Origin: an uncultured Eubacteriales bacterium
Lineage (GTDB): Bacteria > Bacillota > Clostridia > Christensenellales > UBA1242
Direction: 5' to 3'
DNA length: 64,000 nucleotides
NCBI GenBank assembly: GCA_949077035.1
Contig: CARUPR010000002.1
Coordinates: 91,447-155,446, forward strand
The translations under genes were made by a program, and so were the position numbers. This document shows positions 37,801 to 47,239 of this stretch, piece after piece. The notes under the pieces were generated by a model. That model searched no databases. It was not told the DNA's origin and was given only the letters and a program-made list of their open reading frames with translations. Every line of letters begins with the position of its first letter. Position 1 is the first letter of the stretch.

Positions 37801-38387
37801 AAGCTAAAAAACCAGTTGTGTTGCTTGTAAAAAATGGTGACACTGTTGAACCAGGCACTCAGATTACAGCCGGTGCAATCAATCCTGCAGACCTTCTCAG
37901 AATGAGAGGTGTAAAAGGTCTTCAAGAATATCTTTTATCTCAAGTTATTGACACATATAGAGGTCAAGGTGTTAAGGTAAATGATAAACACGTAGAACTT
38001 ATTATCAGACAAATGCTTAAGAAAGTTAAGGTAGAATCTTCTGGTGATACATCACTTCTTCCTGGTGAAATTGTTGATGTTTTCAAATGTGATGAAGAAA
38101 ATGAACGTATTTTACAAGAAGGCGGCGTTCCTGCCACTGTTAAGAGAGTATTGCTTGGTATTACCAAGGCTTCACTTTCAACAGAAAGCTTCCTTTCAGC
38201 TGCATCTTTCCAAGAAACTTCAAGGACTCTTACAGATGCTTCTGTAAAAGGAAAGGTTGACAATCTTCTTGGTCTTAAGGAAAATGTCATAATTGGTAAG
38301 CTTATTCCTGCGGGAACTGGTCTTAAAAATTATAGGTCAGTTTTACCAGTTGTAATTAAGGATGAAGAAGACGCTATTGCAGAATAA
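34854..38387 (+). CDS. rpoC: DNA-directed RNA polymerase subunit beta'
   Basis: Zinc-finger CQCGRYK..CDKCG, catalytic NADFDGDQM, and trigger-loop and bridge-helix regions. Confidence 0.98.
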   Translation: MFELNNFDSIKIGIASPEKIREWSHGEVTKPETINYRTQKPERDGLFCEKIFGPRKDWECQCGRYKRVRYKGVVCDKCGVEVTRAKVRRERMGHIELAAPCTHIWYFRNVPSKIGTLLEMTPKVLEQVVYYVCYVVLDPKRTELAYKQVITDKEYHEACEKYGYDAFEVGMGASAIKRLLSEVDLEKEAKVLKEALVNMKGQRRIKAIKKLDVVESFIKSGNNPTWMVLDVIPVLPPDLRPMVPIDGGRYATSDLNDLYRRVINRNNRLKKLMELGAPDVIVRNEKRMLQEAVDNLIDNGKRGKAVQSSKQRDLKSLTAMLGGKQGRFRLNLLGKRVDYSGRSVIVVGPELKMYQCGVPKEMALELFKPFIMNRLVDLNKSHNIKSAKRMIEKEKAVVWDILAEVIKDHPVFLNRAPTLHRLSVQAFEPVLVEGRAIKLHPSVCAAFNADFDGDQMSIHVPLSLDARTEARTLMLASNNILKPSDGDPIVTPSQDIILGCAYMTIQKDGVLGEGGIFASKDEAIIAYQTQKLHLQAKIKVRLEKEVDGKKYSKLIETTVGRILFNDQIPQDLGYVDRTNPENYCELELNRAIVKKDLGNILAKAYDIHGTSECAKLVDRIKATGYKYATLGALTVNAFDISEPKEKYDIISETEDKIRENEKLFRRGLITNEEKIKINNEYWADTKSKVVEAVVASMADDNPFKIMYVSGARGDTNQINSLCGMIGLKTTASGEMVGPIKSSFVKGLTPIEYFITARGIRKSLSDTALKTADSGYLTRRLVDISQDVVVTTEDCFADLDEKVKGVWVSDLVVDGAVQETLAERIYGRVSVEDIIDPKTQELIVPANTMITTEQASKITKAGITKVQIRSLFTCRCKHGVCAKCYGRDLSNKSMVNIGEAVGIVAAQSIGEPGTQLTMRTFHSGGVASALDITQGLPRVEEIFEARKPKGEALISEVAGKITIKQDAKYYYFTVTSREGEIEYEAKKPVVLLVKNGDTVEPGTQITAGAINPADLLRMRGVKGLQEYLLSQVIDTYRGQGVKVNDKHVELIIRQMLKKVKVESSGDTSLLPGEIVDVFKCDEENERILQEGGVPATVKRVLLGITKASLSTESFLSAASFQETSRTLTDASVKGKVDNLLGLKENVIIGKLIPAGTGLKNYRSVLPVVIKDEEDAIAE

Positions 38388-38473
38388 CAAAATTTTACTT
38401 TTGTTTGAAAAATATCATTTTTGAATAATAAGACATTAAGAAAATTAAATTAATAAATCTTCTTAATAAATTA

Positions 38474-38511
38474 AAAAAAGACACTATCCATTTGCGAAAG
38501 TGTCTTTTTTT
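38474..38511 (+). terminator. Intrinsic terminator of rpoBC
   Basis: AAAGACACT (38477-38485) pairs with AGTGTCTTT (38499-38507), followed by a T-run. Confidence 0.8.
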
Positions 38512-38535
38512 GAATGCAAAATAAACATGAATGAA

Positions 38536-38640
38536 ATTAAGATATGCTGTAAAGAAATGAGGTTAGGGAGGCAAGATAGACAGAAATGAAAAGAGTGTTT
38601 TTTTTTAGAAACACAAGATAAGCAAAGAAGAGTTTTTTAT
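38536..38640 (+). repeat. Terminator-adjacent dispersed repeat (2-3 tandem units)
   Basis: GAGGCAAGATAGACAGAAATGAAAAGAGTGTTTTTTTTTAGAA and ACACAAGATAAGCAAAGAAGAGTTTTTTATGG, preceded by a weaker unit. Confidence 0.6.
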
Positions 38641-38759
38641 GGAGATAAAATGGGCGATTTCTTATTTTATTATTACATTTTTTTTTATTTTTGAAAAATG
38701 TTTTAAAATTTTCATTAAAAAGTAGGGTGGTTATGCTATAATAAACATAGGAGAAGGAC

Positions 38760-39347
38760 ATGAACATAGGATTAGACATTGATAATGTTATTACAGCATT
38801 TGATAGTGGCATTTTTAAGGAGTTTTTATTGGAAGATAAAAACAAAAGAAACTCTGGCATTATTAATAAAAACGCAAGACATATCAATTTGGGAATGTTT
38901 GACTGGTCACAAGAAGAAATTGACGAGTTTTACAACAATAATATGGAGCGTATAGCAAAAAATCTAAAACCTAGAAGAAATTGCAAGAAATATATGGACA
39001 AACTTTTAAAAGATGGTCATAATCTTATTTTAATATCACATAGAGCATATCCACATTATAAAACACCAGAGCAAACAACCCTTGATTGGCTTAAAAAGAA
39101 TAAGATAAACTTTACAAAACTTATTTTATCGGATTCTCCTGACAAAACAAAGGAATGCAGAGAAAACAATATTGATATCATGATAGATGACCGAGCAGGT
39201 CAATGTAAAAAAATGACGGCAAATGGTGTTTATTGTATGCTTATGTTTACAAAATTCAATCGCAAAGAGGTTGAAAATCTGCCATTTGCAACAAGTTGGG
39301 AAAATTTATATAAGGAGATTAATAAATTATGCAAAAAAGAAATGTAA
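38760..39347 (+). CDS. HAD-superfamily 5'(3')-deoxyribonucleotidase-like (NT5C-type) protein
   Basis: N-terminal DIDNV (DxDxV, HAD motif I), a late IDD motif, and size and layout like YorS/NT5C. GGAGAAGG SD. Confidence 0.55.
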   Translation: MNIGLDIDNVITAFDSGIFKEFLLEDKNKRNSGIINKNARHINLGMFDWSQEEIDEFYNNNMERIAKNLKPRRNCKKYMDKLLKDGHNLILISHRAYPHYKTPEQTTLDWLKKNKINFTKLILSDSPDKTKECRENNIDIMIDDRAGQCKKMTANGVYCMLMFTKFNRKEVENLPFATSWENLYKEINKLCKKEM

Positions 39348-40216
39348 TTTTAGACACAGATATATCTAATGAAGTTGATGACCAGTTTGCATTGGCTTAT
39401 CTTATCAAGTCACTTGACAATATAAATTTGCAGGCCATAACAATTGCACCATTTAAGAAAAGTGGTTATGCACCAGTTGAAACTCTTGCAGAAGGGACTG
39501 ATTTATCTTTCAATACTGCAGGAAAAATTTTAGATTTATTAAATGTTAGCAAATATAAAGAAATCCTTTATAAAGGTGCAATATCCTATTTCTTTGAAAG
39601 CAAGGAGCTTAATCCTGCGACAACTAAAATCATAGAGCTTGCAAAGGCAAATAATCATATAACTATAGTTGCTATTGGAGCTATCACAAATGTTGCTTTA
39701 GCACTTTATCATGCACCAGAGATTGCAGACAAAGTCGATATTATTTGGCTTGGCGGAAATAGCTTTTTATCCAGCAAAAACAATGAATTCAATTTTAGGC
39801 AGGATGTGAAAGCGGTAAGAATTGTTTTTAATTCTAAGGCTAAATTAGTGGTTATTCCTTGCAGAAATGTCGCTTCTCATCTTTCGACTACTATATATGA
39901 ATTAGAGCATTATTTGGCACCTCAAGGCGAAATAGGGCAATATCTATGCGAAGCTTTTAGAAATTGCAAATTAGCTTATAGAAAAACTACTGAAGATATA
40001 ATTGGCGAAAATAAAACTTTGTGGGATTTAAGTGCGATAGCCTATCTATTAAATAAAGATTGGTTTAATACCACAGAGGTAAGTTGTCCAAAAATTCTTG
40101 ATGACACCTCTTATAAAAACACAAAGTTTAAACATAAAATCACCTTTGTAAATGACTTGAATAGACACGAGATATACAAAGATTTCTTTATTAAAATGGG
40201 ATATAAAATTAAATAA
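39329..40216 (+). CDS. Nucleoside hydrolase (IUNH family)
   Basis: N-terminal ILDTDISNEVDDQFAL aspartate cluster and AIGAITNVALAL segment typical of inosine-uridine nucleoside hydrolases. Overlaps the upstream gene by 19 nt. Confidence 0.75.
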   Translation: MQKRNVILDTDISNEVDDQFALAYLIKSLDNINLQAITIAPFKKSGYAPVETLAEGTDLSFNTAGKILDLLNVSKYKEILYKGAISYFFESKELNPATTKIIELAKANNHITIVAIGAITNVALALYHAPEIADKVDIIWLGGNSFLSSKNNEFNFRQDVKAVRIVFNSKAKLVVIPCRNVASHLSTTIYELEHYLAPQGEIGQYLCEAFRNCKLAYRKTTEDIIGENKTLWDLSAIAYLLNKDWFNTTEVSCPKILDDTSYKNTKFKHKITFVNDLNRHEIYKDFFIKMGYKIK

Positions 40217-40374
40217 ATTTCTCATTTTCTATTTGTTAAATAGTTGCATTAACTCTTTTTACAATGTTTTTATGCAAACTTTTTTGGTGCAATTTTTCAT
40301 TTGATATATTTAAAAGCTTCAACTTTAACAAATTTAAAAAAACAAAATATAAATTAATTTATAAATAAAAATAA

Positions 40375-40403
40375 TTTACTTTTTTATCAAAAATTGCTAT
40401 AAT
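40375..40403 (+). promoter_or_regulatory. Extended -10 promoter
   Basis: TTTACT 40375-40380, 17-nt spacer ending in TGc, TATAAT 40398-40403. ATG 40411 is 7 nt downstream with no SD. Confidence 0.5.
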
Positions 40404-40410
40404 TAAATAT

Positions 40411-41070
40411 ATGAACAAAAGAATAATTTCTATTCTAGTAAGTTTGGTTATACTGGCAATTTCTGTGACCTTATTGCTTGTATTTATGCTAGGTAAAAAG
40501 AATGATGCGCCCGATTATCAACCATCTTTATCTTGCATAGTAAAAGATTTAAAAATTTCTGTGGGCGAAAGATTGACAAATTTTTATCAAACCAATGATA
40601 AAAATGCTCAAGTTTATTTTGAATATGATAAAACTGACATTATTGATATCAATGAAAATGAAATTATTGGAAAGAAAGCAGGAAAGGTAAGTATTACAAT
40701 AAAAATTGCAAATTCAAAAGAGGAGATAAGCAAAAATTTTATTGTTGAAGTTTATGCAGAAGGATACAAATTTAAAATAGATACTCTTGAATATTGCGAT
40801 TTTGATGAAAATTCTAATACCTTGATTGTTTATGAAGAAAATGCACTGTTTGAAATCAAAGTTTTTGATTTGAAAGGAAATAAAGTTGAAACATTAAAAC
40901 CTGTTTGTAGATTTGATAATAATTTAATTAATATCAGCTTTAATTATGGAAATTATTGTATTTATAACATAACCGGTGATTGTAAGGTGGATTTTATATT
41001 CTCTGATTTAGACTTTGCGATATCTTTAAATTTTGTTTGTCAAATTGATTCTTTAAAAAACCTAGATTAA
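40411..41070 (+). CDS. Hypothetical N-terminally anchored protein with Ig-like segment
   Basis: N-terminal TM helix. GKKAGKVSITIKIANSKEEISKNFIVEVY resembles a Big_2-type strand pattern. Confidence 0.45.
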   Translation: MNKRIISILVSLVILAISVTLLLVFMLGKKNDAPDYQPSLSCIVKDLKISVGERLTNFYQTNDKNAQVYFEYDKTDIIDINENEIIGKKAGKVSITIKIANSKEEISKNFIVEVYAEGYKFKIDTLEYCDFDENSNTLIVYEENALFEIKVFDLKGNKVETLKPVCRFDNNLINISFNYGNYCIYNITGDCKVDFIFSDLDFAISLNFVCQIDSLKNLD

Positions 41071-41090
41071 TTCAATCTAGGTTTTATATT
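41055..41090 (+). terminator. Intrinsic terminator
   Basis: CCTAGAT (41061-41067) pairs with ATCTAGG (41075-41081), followed by TTTTATATT. The stop codon lies in the loop. Confidence 0.55.
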
Positions 41091-41186
41091 AAAAAAAAGA
41101 CCTTAAAAATATTAAGGTCTTCCAGACGGTGATTTAACTTAGGAGAAAAACCGTCTGTATGTATCTGATTTTCATCAGCTACGAAT
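41091..41186 (-). ncRNA. Candidate small RNA (about 95 nt) with its own extended -10 promoter and terminator
   Basis: On the minus strand: TGtTATAAT (41199-41191); then hairpins CTGAtgaaaaTCAG and CAGACGGT(19-nt loop containing UCUCCU)ACCGTCTG; then AAGACCTTAA/TTAAGGTCTT followed by T8. There is no minus-strand CDS upstream that this terminator could serve. Confidence 0.3.
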
Positions 41187-41415
41187 ATATATTATAACAA
41201 ATAAATTTACAAGTAAAGCAAATTTTTGTATTTTTACAAAATCTTTTAATTTTCATACAAAAATAATGTCGAAAATTGTAAATTAATGTTAAAATAAAAT
41301 TATTCAACATTTTGACAATTAAGTATTTTGAATGTAGAAAAAATAAAATTTAAACCAAGATAAAAAATTATTCAAGTATGGGAAAAGCAAGTATATTTTT
41401 TCAATCAGTTTGAAT

Positions 41416-41460
41416 ATAAAAAGAAAGCACTCACTTTGTTTGTGCCTATCTTGCGTTCCT
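41416..41460 (-). repeat. Dispersed repeat, best-conserved copy (minus orientation)
   Basis: Minus strand reads AGGAACGCAAGATAGGCACAAACAAAGTGAGTGCTTTCTTTTT. 37 of 40 core positions are identical to the copy at 60071-60118. It abuts the tRNA-Glu terminator. Confidence 0.8.
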
Positions 41461-41491
41461 AAAAAAAATAACAGGCTAAAATACTGTTATT
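41461..41491 (-). terminator. Intrinsic terminator of tRNA-Glu
   Basis: On the minus strand, ATAACAG pairs with CTGTTAT and is followed by T8. Confidence 0.65.
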
Positions 41492-41492
41492 A

Positions 41493-41567
41493 TGGTAGCC
41501 TCAAGGAGAATCGAACTCCTGATTCCGCCGTGAGAGGGCGGCGTCTTAACCGCTTGACCATGAGGCC
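41493..41567 (-). tRNA. tRNA-Glu (anticodon CTC), CCA encoded
   Basis: Minus strand: GGCCTCATGGTCAAGCGGTTAAGACGCCGCCCTCTCACGGCGGAATCAGGAGTTCGATTCTCCTTGAGGCTACCA. It folds as a cloverleaf with anticodon stem CCGCC/GGCGG and loop CTCTCAC, and is close to Bacillus tRNA-Glu. Confidence 0.9.
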
Positions 41568-41708
41568 ATATTTTTTAATCTTTTATAGTATAACAAAGCT
41601 TTTTACAAAAATCAAGCATTTTATTGAATTTTTATTTTTAAATTATTTTGTTTTTAGCAGCTTTTGGGTTATACTAAAAAGGTGATATTAAATTGAGGTG
41701 CAATTAAT

Positions 41709-42536
41709 ATGTTTGGACGTAAAGTGAAAATAGGCATCGCCTTTGGTGGAGGTGGTGCAAGAGGCTTTTGTCATTTAGGTGCAATAAAGGCTTTTGAAGA
41801 GTTTGGCCTTAAGTTTGATTTTGTGGCGGGGACAAGTGCTGGCAGTATAGCAGGTGCTTTTTATTCTGCAGGTTATTCATATAAGCAGATGTATAATATA
41901 ATCAAAGATTTAAAAGAAAAAGATATAAGAAAAAATATAATTCCATTTACTCCATCAAAGATTGATGGCGTTGGCGAAATTGTCACAAGTGAGTTGGGAG
42001 ATATCAATATAGAAGATTTGCCAACACCATTTGCAGCAGTTGCTGTTGATATCAAATCCACAAAAGAAGTTTGTTTTGCAAAAGGAAATTTAGCTAAGGC
42101 TGTTATGGGCAGTTGTGCGGTGCCAGGTGTCTTTCAGCCGGTTGTTTATGATGATATGATTTTGTGTGATGGTGGTTTGCAAAACACTATTCCAGCCGAT
42201 ATACCGAGATATTTTGGTTGTGATTATGTGATTTCAGTTGATGTAAATAAATCAAGGACTTATGGCACTGACAGCACTAAATTTTTAGATGTTATCACCT
42301 GTTCTATTCGTATTCTTATGAAAAGTAATGCAGTTAGAGGGTATGTAAATTCCGATTTGGTGATTGCGCCTGAAACAAAAAGATTTAAGTCTACTAAGAC
42401 TGCTGGCATGGAAGAGATGATTGAAGAAGGTTATAAAGCTGCAATCGATGTTATGCCGCAAATTATGGAAATTTTTAGAAAAAGACGTGGTAATAAGTTT
42501 AAATCTTCAAACAAAGATATTATATTTATAAGATAA
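41709..42536 (+). CDS. Patatin-like phospholipase (RssA-type)
   Basis: Oxyanion GGGGARG, nucleophile GTSAGS (GxSxG) and the catalytic-aspartate DGG motif. Confidence 0.85.
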   Translation: MFGRKVKIGIAFGGGGARGFCHLGAIKAFEEFGLKFDFVAGTSAGSIAGAFYSAGYSYKQMYNIIKDLKEKDIRKNIIPFTPSKIDGVGEIVTSELGDINIEDLPTPFAAVAVDIKSTKEVCFAKGNLAKAVMGSCAVPGVFQPVVYDDMILCDGGLQNTIPADIPRYFGCDYVISVDVNKSRTYGTDSTKFLDVITCSIRILMKSNAVRGYVNSDLVIAPETKRFKSTKTAGMEEMIEEGYKAAIDVMPQIMEIFRKRRGNKFKSSNKDIIFIR

Positions 42537-42540
42537 AATT

Positions 42541-43653
42541 ATGATGAAAACACAAAAGAGTTTTAAAGAAAAAATTGCTGATTCAATATTTGCAAAGGGA
42601 GAATTTTATATAAAACTTGCCTTTACAATATTTTTTATAGCAATTTACATAGTTTTATTTATCGCTTTTGATGGAATAACATTTTTTGAGAAAGAAAATT
42701 ATACAAAAGCTTTTAAAAATAATTCATTTCAAATTCATGTAATTGATGTTGAAAATGGTGATGCCATTTTTATTAAGTTTCCAAATAATAAAACTATGCT
42801 TATTGACACAGGAGAAGAAAGATATTATTCACGACTTTCCTCCTATCTTCGTCAATATAATCATTATGAAAAGAATAGTGGAATTGATTATTTGGTTTTG
42901 ACACATGAAGATTCTGACCATATAGGAAGTGCAGATAAAATCATAAAAAACTTTGATGTAAAAAATATTTTCAGACCAAAGCTTTATTCAATGTATGAAT
43001 TGGATAATATTTTAAATGAGTTTGATTATGATATTTCTTCAAGTATTTTATATAATAATATTATTAAAAGTGCCTATCAAAACAATTGCAAGTTGAATTT
43101 TTCAGATAGCGGTATTATATTAAATGAAGGTGGCTGTGAAATTGAATTTTTATCGCCTTCTGATGAACTCTTTTATAATTCAAACAATGATAGTGCAGTG
43201 ATTATGATTACATATCAATCTAAAAAGTTTTTATTTACAGGCGATATTGAAATTGAAGGTGAAGAAAAACTTATACAAAAATATGGCAATAAATTAAAGG
43301 CAGATGTTTTGAAGGTTGCACATCATGGTTCATATACCTCAACAACGCAAAGTTTTTTAAATTGTGTTATGCCAAGCAAAGCGATAATATCTTCAAGTGG
43401 AAATTCGTCTATATTGCCAAATTTTGATGTTTTAGAAAGACTGAAAAACAATAATATTGAAATATTTGCTACCGGAAATATTGGGCATTTTGCTTTCAGC
43501 ATAGAAAACGGTCAAATAGTATTTGCAAAAGCAGCTAAAAGTGACAATTTTCTTGCTTTAATATTTGCTATTTTTATTATTTTGCTGCTGATTATATGGC
43601 ATTGTTCTTTTTATAAGACAAATATTTCACCATTTAAAATAAAAAATCAATAA
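42541..43653 (+). CDS. ComEC/Rec2-related metallo-beta-lactamase domain membrane protein
   Basis: HVIDVENGDAIFI, LVLTHEDSDHIGS and LKVAHHGS motifs, with N- and C-terminal TM helices. It lacks the competence channel domain. Confidence 0.7.
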   Translation: MMKTQKSFKEKIADSIFAKGEFYIKLAFTIFFIAIYIVLFIAFDGITFFEKENYTKAFKNNSFQIHVIDVENGDAIFIKFPNNKTMLIDTGEERYYSRLSSYLRQYNHYEKNSGIDYLVLTHEDSDHIGSADKIIKNFDVKNIFRPKLYSMYELDNILNEFDYDISSSILYNNIIKSAYQNNCKLNFSDSGIILNEGGCEIEFLSPSDELFYNSNNDSAVIMITYQSKKFLFTGDIEIEGEEKLIQKYGNKLKADVLKVAHHGSYTSTTQSFLNCVMPSKAIISSSGNSSILPNFDVLERLKNNNIEIFATGNIGHFAFSIENGQIVFAKAAKSDNFLALIFAIFIILLLIIWHCSFYKTNISPFKIKNQ

Positions 43654-43657
43654 TTTA

Positions 43658-43686
43658 TTGAACATTATTAAATTTTATGATAATAT
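43658..43686 (+). promoter_or_regulatory. Promoter with extended -10
   Basis: TTGAAC 43658-43663, 17-nt spacer ending in TGa, TAATAT 43681-43686. ATG 43693 is 6 nt downstream with no SD. Confidence 0.5.
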
Positions 43687-43692
43687 ATAACT

Positions 43693-44169
43693 ATGAATGA
43701 GAATTGCGACAAGATTAATATATTAATAATTTCACTTAATGATAAATTTAGCAATAATGTTGCTACACTTTTAGCGGACAAGCTAGAAATGTTTGTCATT
43801 AATTGCCATCAAATGATTGTTTACGATTTAATTAATCCTAAACAAGTGCTTGAAAAATGCGGAATTGATTATTTTAAACAAAGAGAACGAGGAGTGCTAA
43901 AACGTTGTGCAGATTTTTACAATACAGTAATTTCAATTGATTTTGACCTTTTTAAAGAAAATTATGCTTTGTTTGATAAATCTTTCATTATTTATTTAAG
44001 TCTGCCTGAAGAAAAAACCAATAAGGTTACAAATCAAATTGATTTTGAAAATAGAAACAATTTTATCATCAAATATGCAAATCAAATCATTTATCAAGAT
44101 AAATGCATGGTTGCTCAATCGGTGAAGAAAATAATTACAAGATTAGGAGAATTATATGAAAATAGCTGA
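43693..44169 (+). CDS. Hypothetical protein, shikimate/nucleoside-kinase-like fold with degenerate P-loop
   Basis: The layout INILIISLNDKFSNNVATLLADKLEMFVI parallels I.LIG.MGSGKST.G..LA..L...F.D of small P-loop kinases, but the GxxGxGKS motif is absent. Confidence 0.3.
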   Translation: MNENCDKINILIISLNDKFSNNVATLLADKLEMFVINCHQMIVYDLINPKQVLEKCGIDYFKQRERGVLKRCADFYNTVISIDFDLFKENYALFDKSFIIYLSLPEEKTNKVTNQIDFENRNNFIIKYANQIIYQDKCMVAQSVKKIITRLGELYENS

Positions 44170-46114
44170 TAAAACTTTAAATTATGTTAAGTCCTTGACA
44201 GCACAAGCCATTTCCAATTCAGGAAGTGGTCATACTGGTGCATCTTTAGGGGTCAGTGCAATGATGCTTGCATTATTTAAAGACCATTATAATTTTGATA
44301 TTTCTGATACCGATTATCTTAATAGAGATAGATTTGTGCTTTCTGCCGGTCATGCCTGTCCTGTTTATTATACATTATTATCTTTATTTGGTTTTGATGT
44401 GTCCTTGCAAGATTTAAAAAACTTGAGGGTTTTAGGCTCAAAAACACCAGGTCATCCAGAAACCAAAACTACTGATGGTGTTGAAGTTTCAACAGGTTTA
44501 TCAGGTCAGGGCGTTGCTAATGCTGTTGGTATGGCTATTGCTCAGACTATTATGGCTGAAAGGTTTAATAGTGTTGGTTTTCCAATAATCAATCATTATA
44601 CCTATTGTCTTGCTGGTGACGGATGTCTTATGGAAGGGGTTGCGCAGGAAGCGTGTTCGCTTGCAGGAAATCTTAATTTGAATAAACTTATTTTGTTTTA
44701 TGATGCAAATGATGTGACTATGGATGGAAGTATATCACTAGTTAATCGTGAAAATGTGGCAAAGAAATTTAAAGCAATGGGCTGGAGGGTGGTTCATTGT
44801 TATAATGGCAACAATTTCAAAGCTTGTTCAAAAGCTATCGCAAGAGCAAAAGCGTCCAATAAACCTTGCATTATAATATTCAAAACAACAAGTGGAATAG
44901 GGACTGCTAAAGAGGGCACCTCTGCCATTCATGGAATAGCACTTTCTCAAGAAGAGCTGAAAGTTTTTAATAAAAAGATGGGTGTGTATGAAAATTTTTA
45001 TGTGCCAAATGATGTCAGAGATTGGTGCATGGCAAGTTCTCGAATTGGCAAACTAAATCACGAAAAATGGAATCAAGATTTGGCTGTTTATGCCAATTCA
45101 AATCCAGATTTATATCGTCAATTTACAAACTTTTTTGATAAAAAGAAGCTTGATATAGATAAATTGTCAAGAAACGCATATAAATGGGAAGGCTTGTCAG
45201 GCAGAGAAATAAATAAAATAATTTTAAATGAAATCTGCGAAAAGTTATATCAGGTTGTTGGCGGAACAGCAGATGTAACACAGCAAAGTTCTACCTTTAT
45301 TGAGAATGTTGGAAACTATAACATTGGGAATAGAAGGGGAAGAAATATTCACTTTGGCGTGCGAGAACACGCAATGGGTGCAATCATAAATGGAATCAGT
45401 TTGTATGAAGATTTTATCCCATTTTGTGCAACCTTCTTAAGTTTTTCAAGTTATATGTTGCCATCAATTCGTATGGCTGCACTTATGAGGTGCAATTCTC
45501 TTTTCATTTTTACACATGATAGTATTTTTGTAGGAAAAGATGGCCCAACTCATCAGCCTATAGAAGAACTTGGTCAGCTTAGGTCTATAATTGGTCTTAC
45601 AACTTTCAGACCTTGTGATGGCAATGAAATGCTTGCAGGATATAAATACTTTTTAAGGGATGGAGGACCATTTGCCTTTATTCTTTCAAAACAAAAAATC
45701 GATGTTGTTGATGGAAAATATAAGGAAGCTGAGTTTGGTGGTTATATCTTAAAACCTGCAAGAAAAGATGCAGATGTTGTAATTTATGCAAGTGGAAGTG
45801 AAGTTTCTCTCGCGCTTATGGTTGCAAAAGAGCTTGAAAAGAAATGTGACGTAAGTGTTGTATCAATGCCAAGCTTTGAATTATTTGAAAAACAATCTAC
45901 TTTATATAAAAATAAAGTCCTTCAAAAAAGTGCCTCTCTTAGAGTTGCGATTGAGGCTTCAAATGATGAAAGATGGTATAAATATATAGGCGAAAATGGT
46001 CTTTTTGTCGGTGTCGAAGATTATCAGACAAGCGGTGAAGGAAAAGATGTATATTCTAAAGCTGGCTTTAATGTAAAAGAAATTGTCAGAAAAATAAACA
46101 AAAAAATGAATTAA
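44156..46114 (+). CDS. tkt: Transketolase
   Basis: SGHTGASLG, RDRFVLSAGH, GDGCLMEG (TPP motif), the pyrimidine-binding FGVREHAM segment and the C-terminal domain. Confidence 0.92.
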   Translation: MKIADKTLNYVKSLTAQAISNSGSGHTGASLGVSAMMLALFKDHYNFDISDTDYLNRDRFVLSAGHACPVYYTLLSLFGFDVSLQDLKNLRVLGSKTPGHPETKTTDGVEVSTGLSGQGVANAVGMAIAQTIMAERFNSVGFPIINHYTYCLAGDGCLMEGVAQEACSLAGNLNLNKLILFYDANDVTMDGSISLVNRENVAKKFKAMGWRVVHCYNGNNFKACSKAIARAKASNKPCIIIFKTTSGIGTAKEGTSAIHGIALSQEELKVFNKKMGVYENFYVPNDVRDWCMASSRIGKLNHEKWNQDLAVYANSNPDLYRQFTNFFDKKKLDIDKLSRNAYKWEGLSGREINKIILNEICEKLYQVVGGTADVTQQSSTFIENVGNYNIGNRRGRNIHFGVREHAMGAIINGISLYEDFIPFCATFLSFSSYMLPSIRMAALMRCNSLFIFTHDSIFVGKDGPTHQPIEELGQLRSIIGLTTFRPCDGNEMLAGYKYFLRDGGPFAFILSKQKIDVVDGKYKEAEFGGYILKPARKDADVVIYASGSEVSLALMVAKELEKKCDVSVVSMPSFELFEKQSTLYKNKVLQKSASLRVAIEASNDERWYKYIGENGLFVGVEDYQTSGEGKDVYSKAGFNVKEIVRKINKKMN

Positions 46115-46279
46115 AAATTTTTAAAATTTTCTTTAAATCAAATGACAATTTTGTTATTATTCTTGCGTTTATACTATAATAAAATTTCGATTTAATTAGA
46201 CAAAATAAACTCTTTCTTGACATAATAATAAATTCATCAAAAATCATCTCTTAGTATAATATATTAAGAGGTGATTTTT

Positions 46280-47230
46280 ATGTTTATAAAGAAAAATATT
46301 GTGCTTAGTGGAGTAAACAATCCATCACAAAGAGCGGTGCTGACTTTGGAATGTGATGGCAAAATGGCAAAGGGAAGGTTGAGGCTTTATAACTTTGGAG
46401 TTGAGCCAAAAGGCATTATAAGTTTAGGATTATATTATGGCGGAAATGTTGTGAAAGCGGGGCTAATTAGAAGCTCGCAAATGCTTTATACTTTTGCTTG
46501 TCAGTCTGAAAACATAAGCGATGATTTTTCATGTGCTGTGATAAATTTTGTCAATGGTGAGCCAAGCCCTATTCTTTATGGAAAGGGTGAAGGTTATTCT
46601 GATAAAGATAAGATTTTTAGTCAGGTCATTGACCAGATAAAATCTTCTAATAATATGGAAGAAGTTGAAAACACTCTTGATAGATTTGGTGTTGATTTTG
46701 AGGAAGAACTTAAAGAGGAAATAGAAGAAGAAATCGATAAATGTATGGCAAAAGAGGAATGTGGAGATTGCGAAAATTGTGTCTATAAAAAATTTTATTT
46801 AGAAAATGCACAAACCAAACAACTGGATGCAACTTCAAATGCTCATGATGAGCTTGTTGCCTCTCTATCTGATGAAGAGGAGGGTGAGATTGATAACTTT
46901 TATTTTGAGCTTAAACCGCAACTTGATAATTTGTTTGCAAACAATCCAAGCGAAGACTATCTTGAAAAGCTTGTTCCAAATTCAAAATGGGTGAAGGTAA
47001 ACATTGATGATAATGGAAATTATTATGTTTTAGGGCTTATATATGAAGATGATAAACTTCTTTACATTTGTTATGGTGTGCCAGGGGTTTATCAAAAAAA
47101 TTCACCTAGAGAACTTTCTGGTTATCCTGTATGGTTTCCTCTTGATGAATCTAAACCACAAGGTTTTGGATATTGGCTTTCATATCAAGATGCCCAAAGT
47201 GGAGAGAGTGTAAAAGCTGTTGTAGTATAG
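46280..47230 (+). CDS. Hypothetical acidic protein with conserved ICYGVPG...GFGYW C-terminal domain
   Basis: AAGAGGTGA SD before ATG 46280; the listed GTG 46271 overlaps the SD. No confident family. Confidence 0.45.
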   Translation: MFIKKNIVLSGVNNPSQRAVLTLECDGKMAKGRLRLYNFGVEPKGIISLGLYYGGNVVKAGLIRSSQMLYTFACQSENISDDFSCAVINFVNGEPSPILYGKGEGYSDKDKIFSQVIDQIKSSNNMEEVENTLDRFGVDFEEELKEEIEEEIDKCMAKEECGDCENCVYKKFYLENAQTKQLDATSNAHDELVASLSDEEEGEIDNFYFELKPQLDNLFANNPSEDYLEKLVPNSKWVKVNIDDNGNYYVLGLIYEDDKLLYICYGVPGVYQKNSPRELSGYPVWFPLDESKPQGFGYWLSYQDAQSGESVKAVVV

Positions 47231-47239
47231 AAGGTTTTT

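Noticed and set aside
38537-38887. 116-aa minus-strand ORF downstream of rpoC
   Set aside because: It runs through the dispersed-repeat block and overlaps the well-supported start (SD plus ATG 38760) of the nucleotidase-like gene. There are no start signals.
41142-41197. 12-codon plus-strand mini-ORF (MYLIFISYEYIL) preceded by AGGAG in a hairpin loop
   Set aside because: The SD-like sequence is 13 nt from the ATG and sits within a structure better explained as part of a minus-strand sRNA or terminator cluster. There is no supporting signal.
41410-41685. 91-aa plus-strand ORF
   Set aside because: It reads across a repeat unit, a terminator and the complement of tRNA-Glu (41493-41567), so it is an artefact.
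43693-44169. Calling this ORF shikimate kinase (aroK)
   Set aside because: Size and N-terminal strand-helix layout resemble small P-loop kinases. However, the Walker A GxxGxGK[ST] is replaced by SLNDKFSN and I cannot verify other motifs. It is left as hypothetical.
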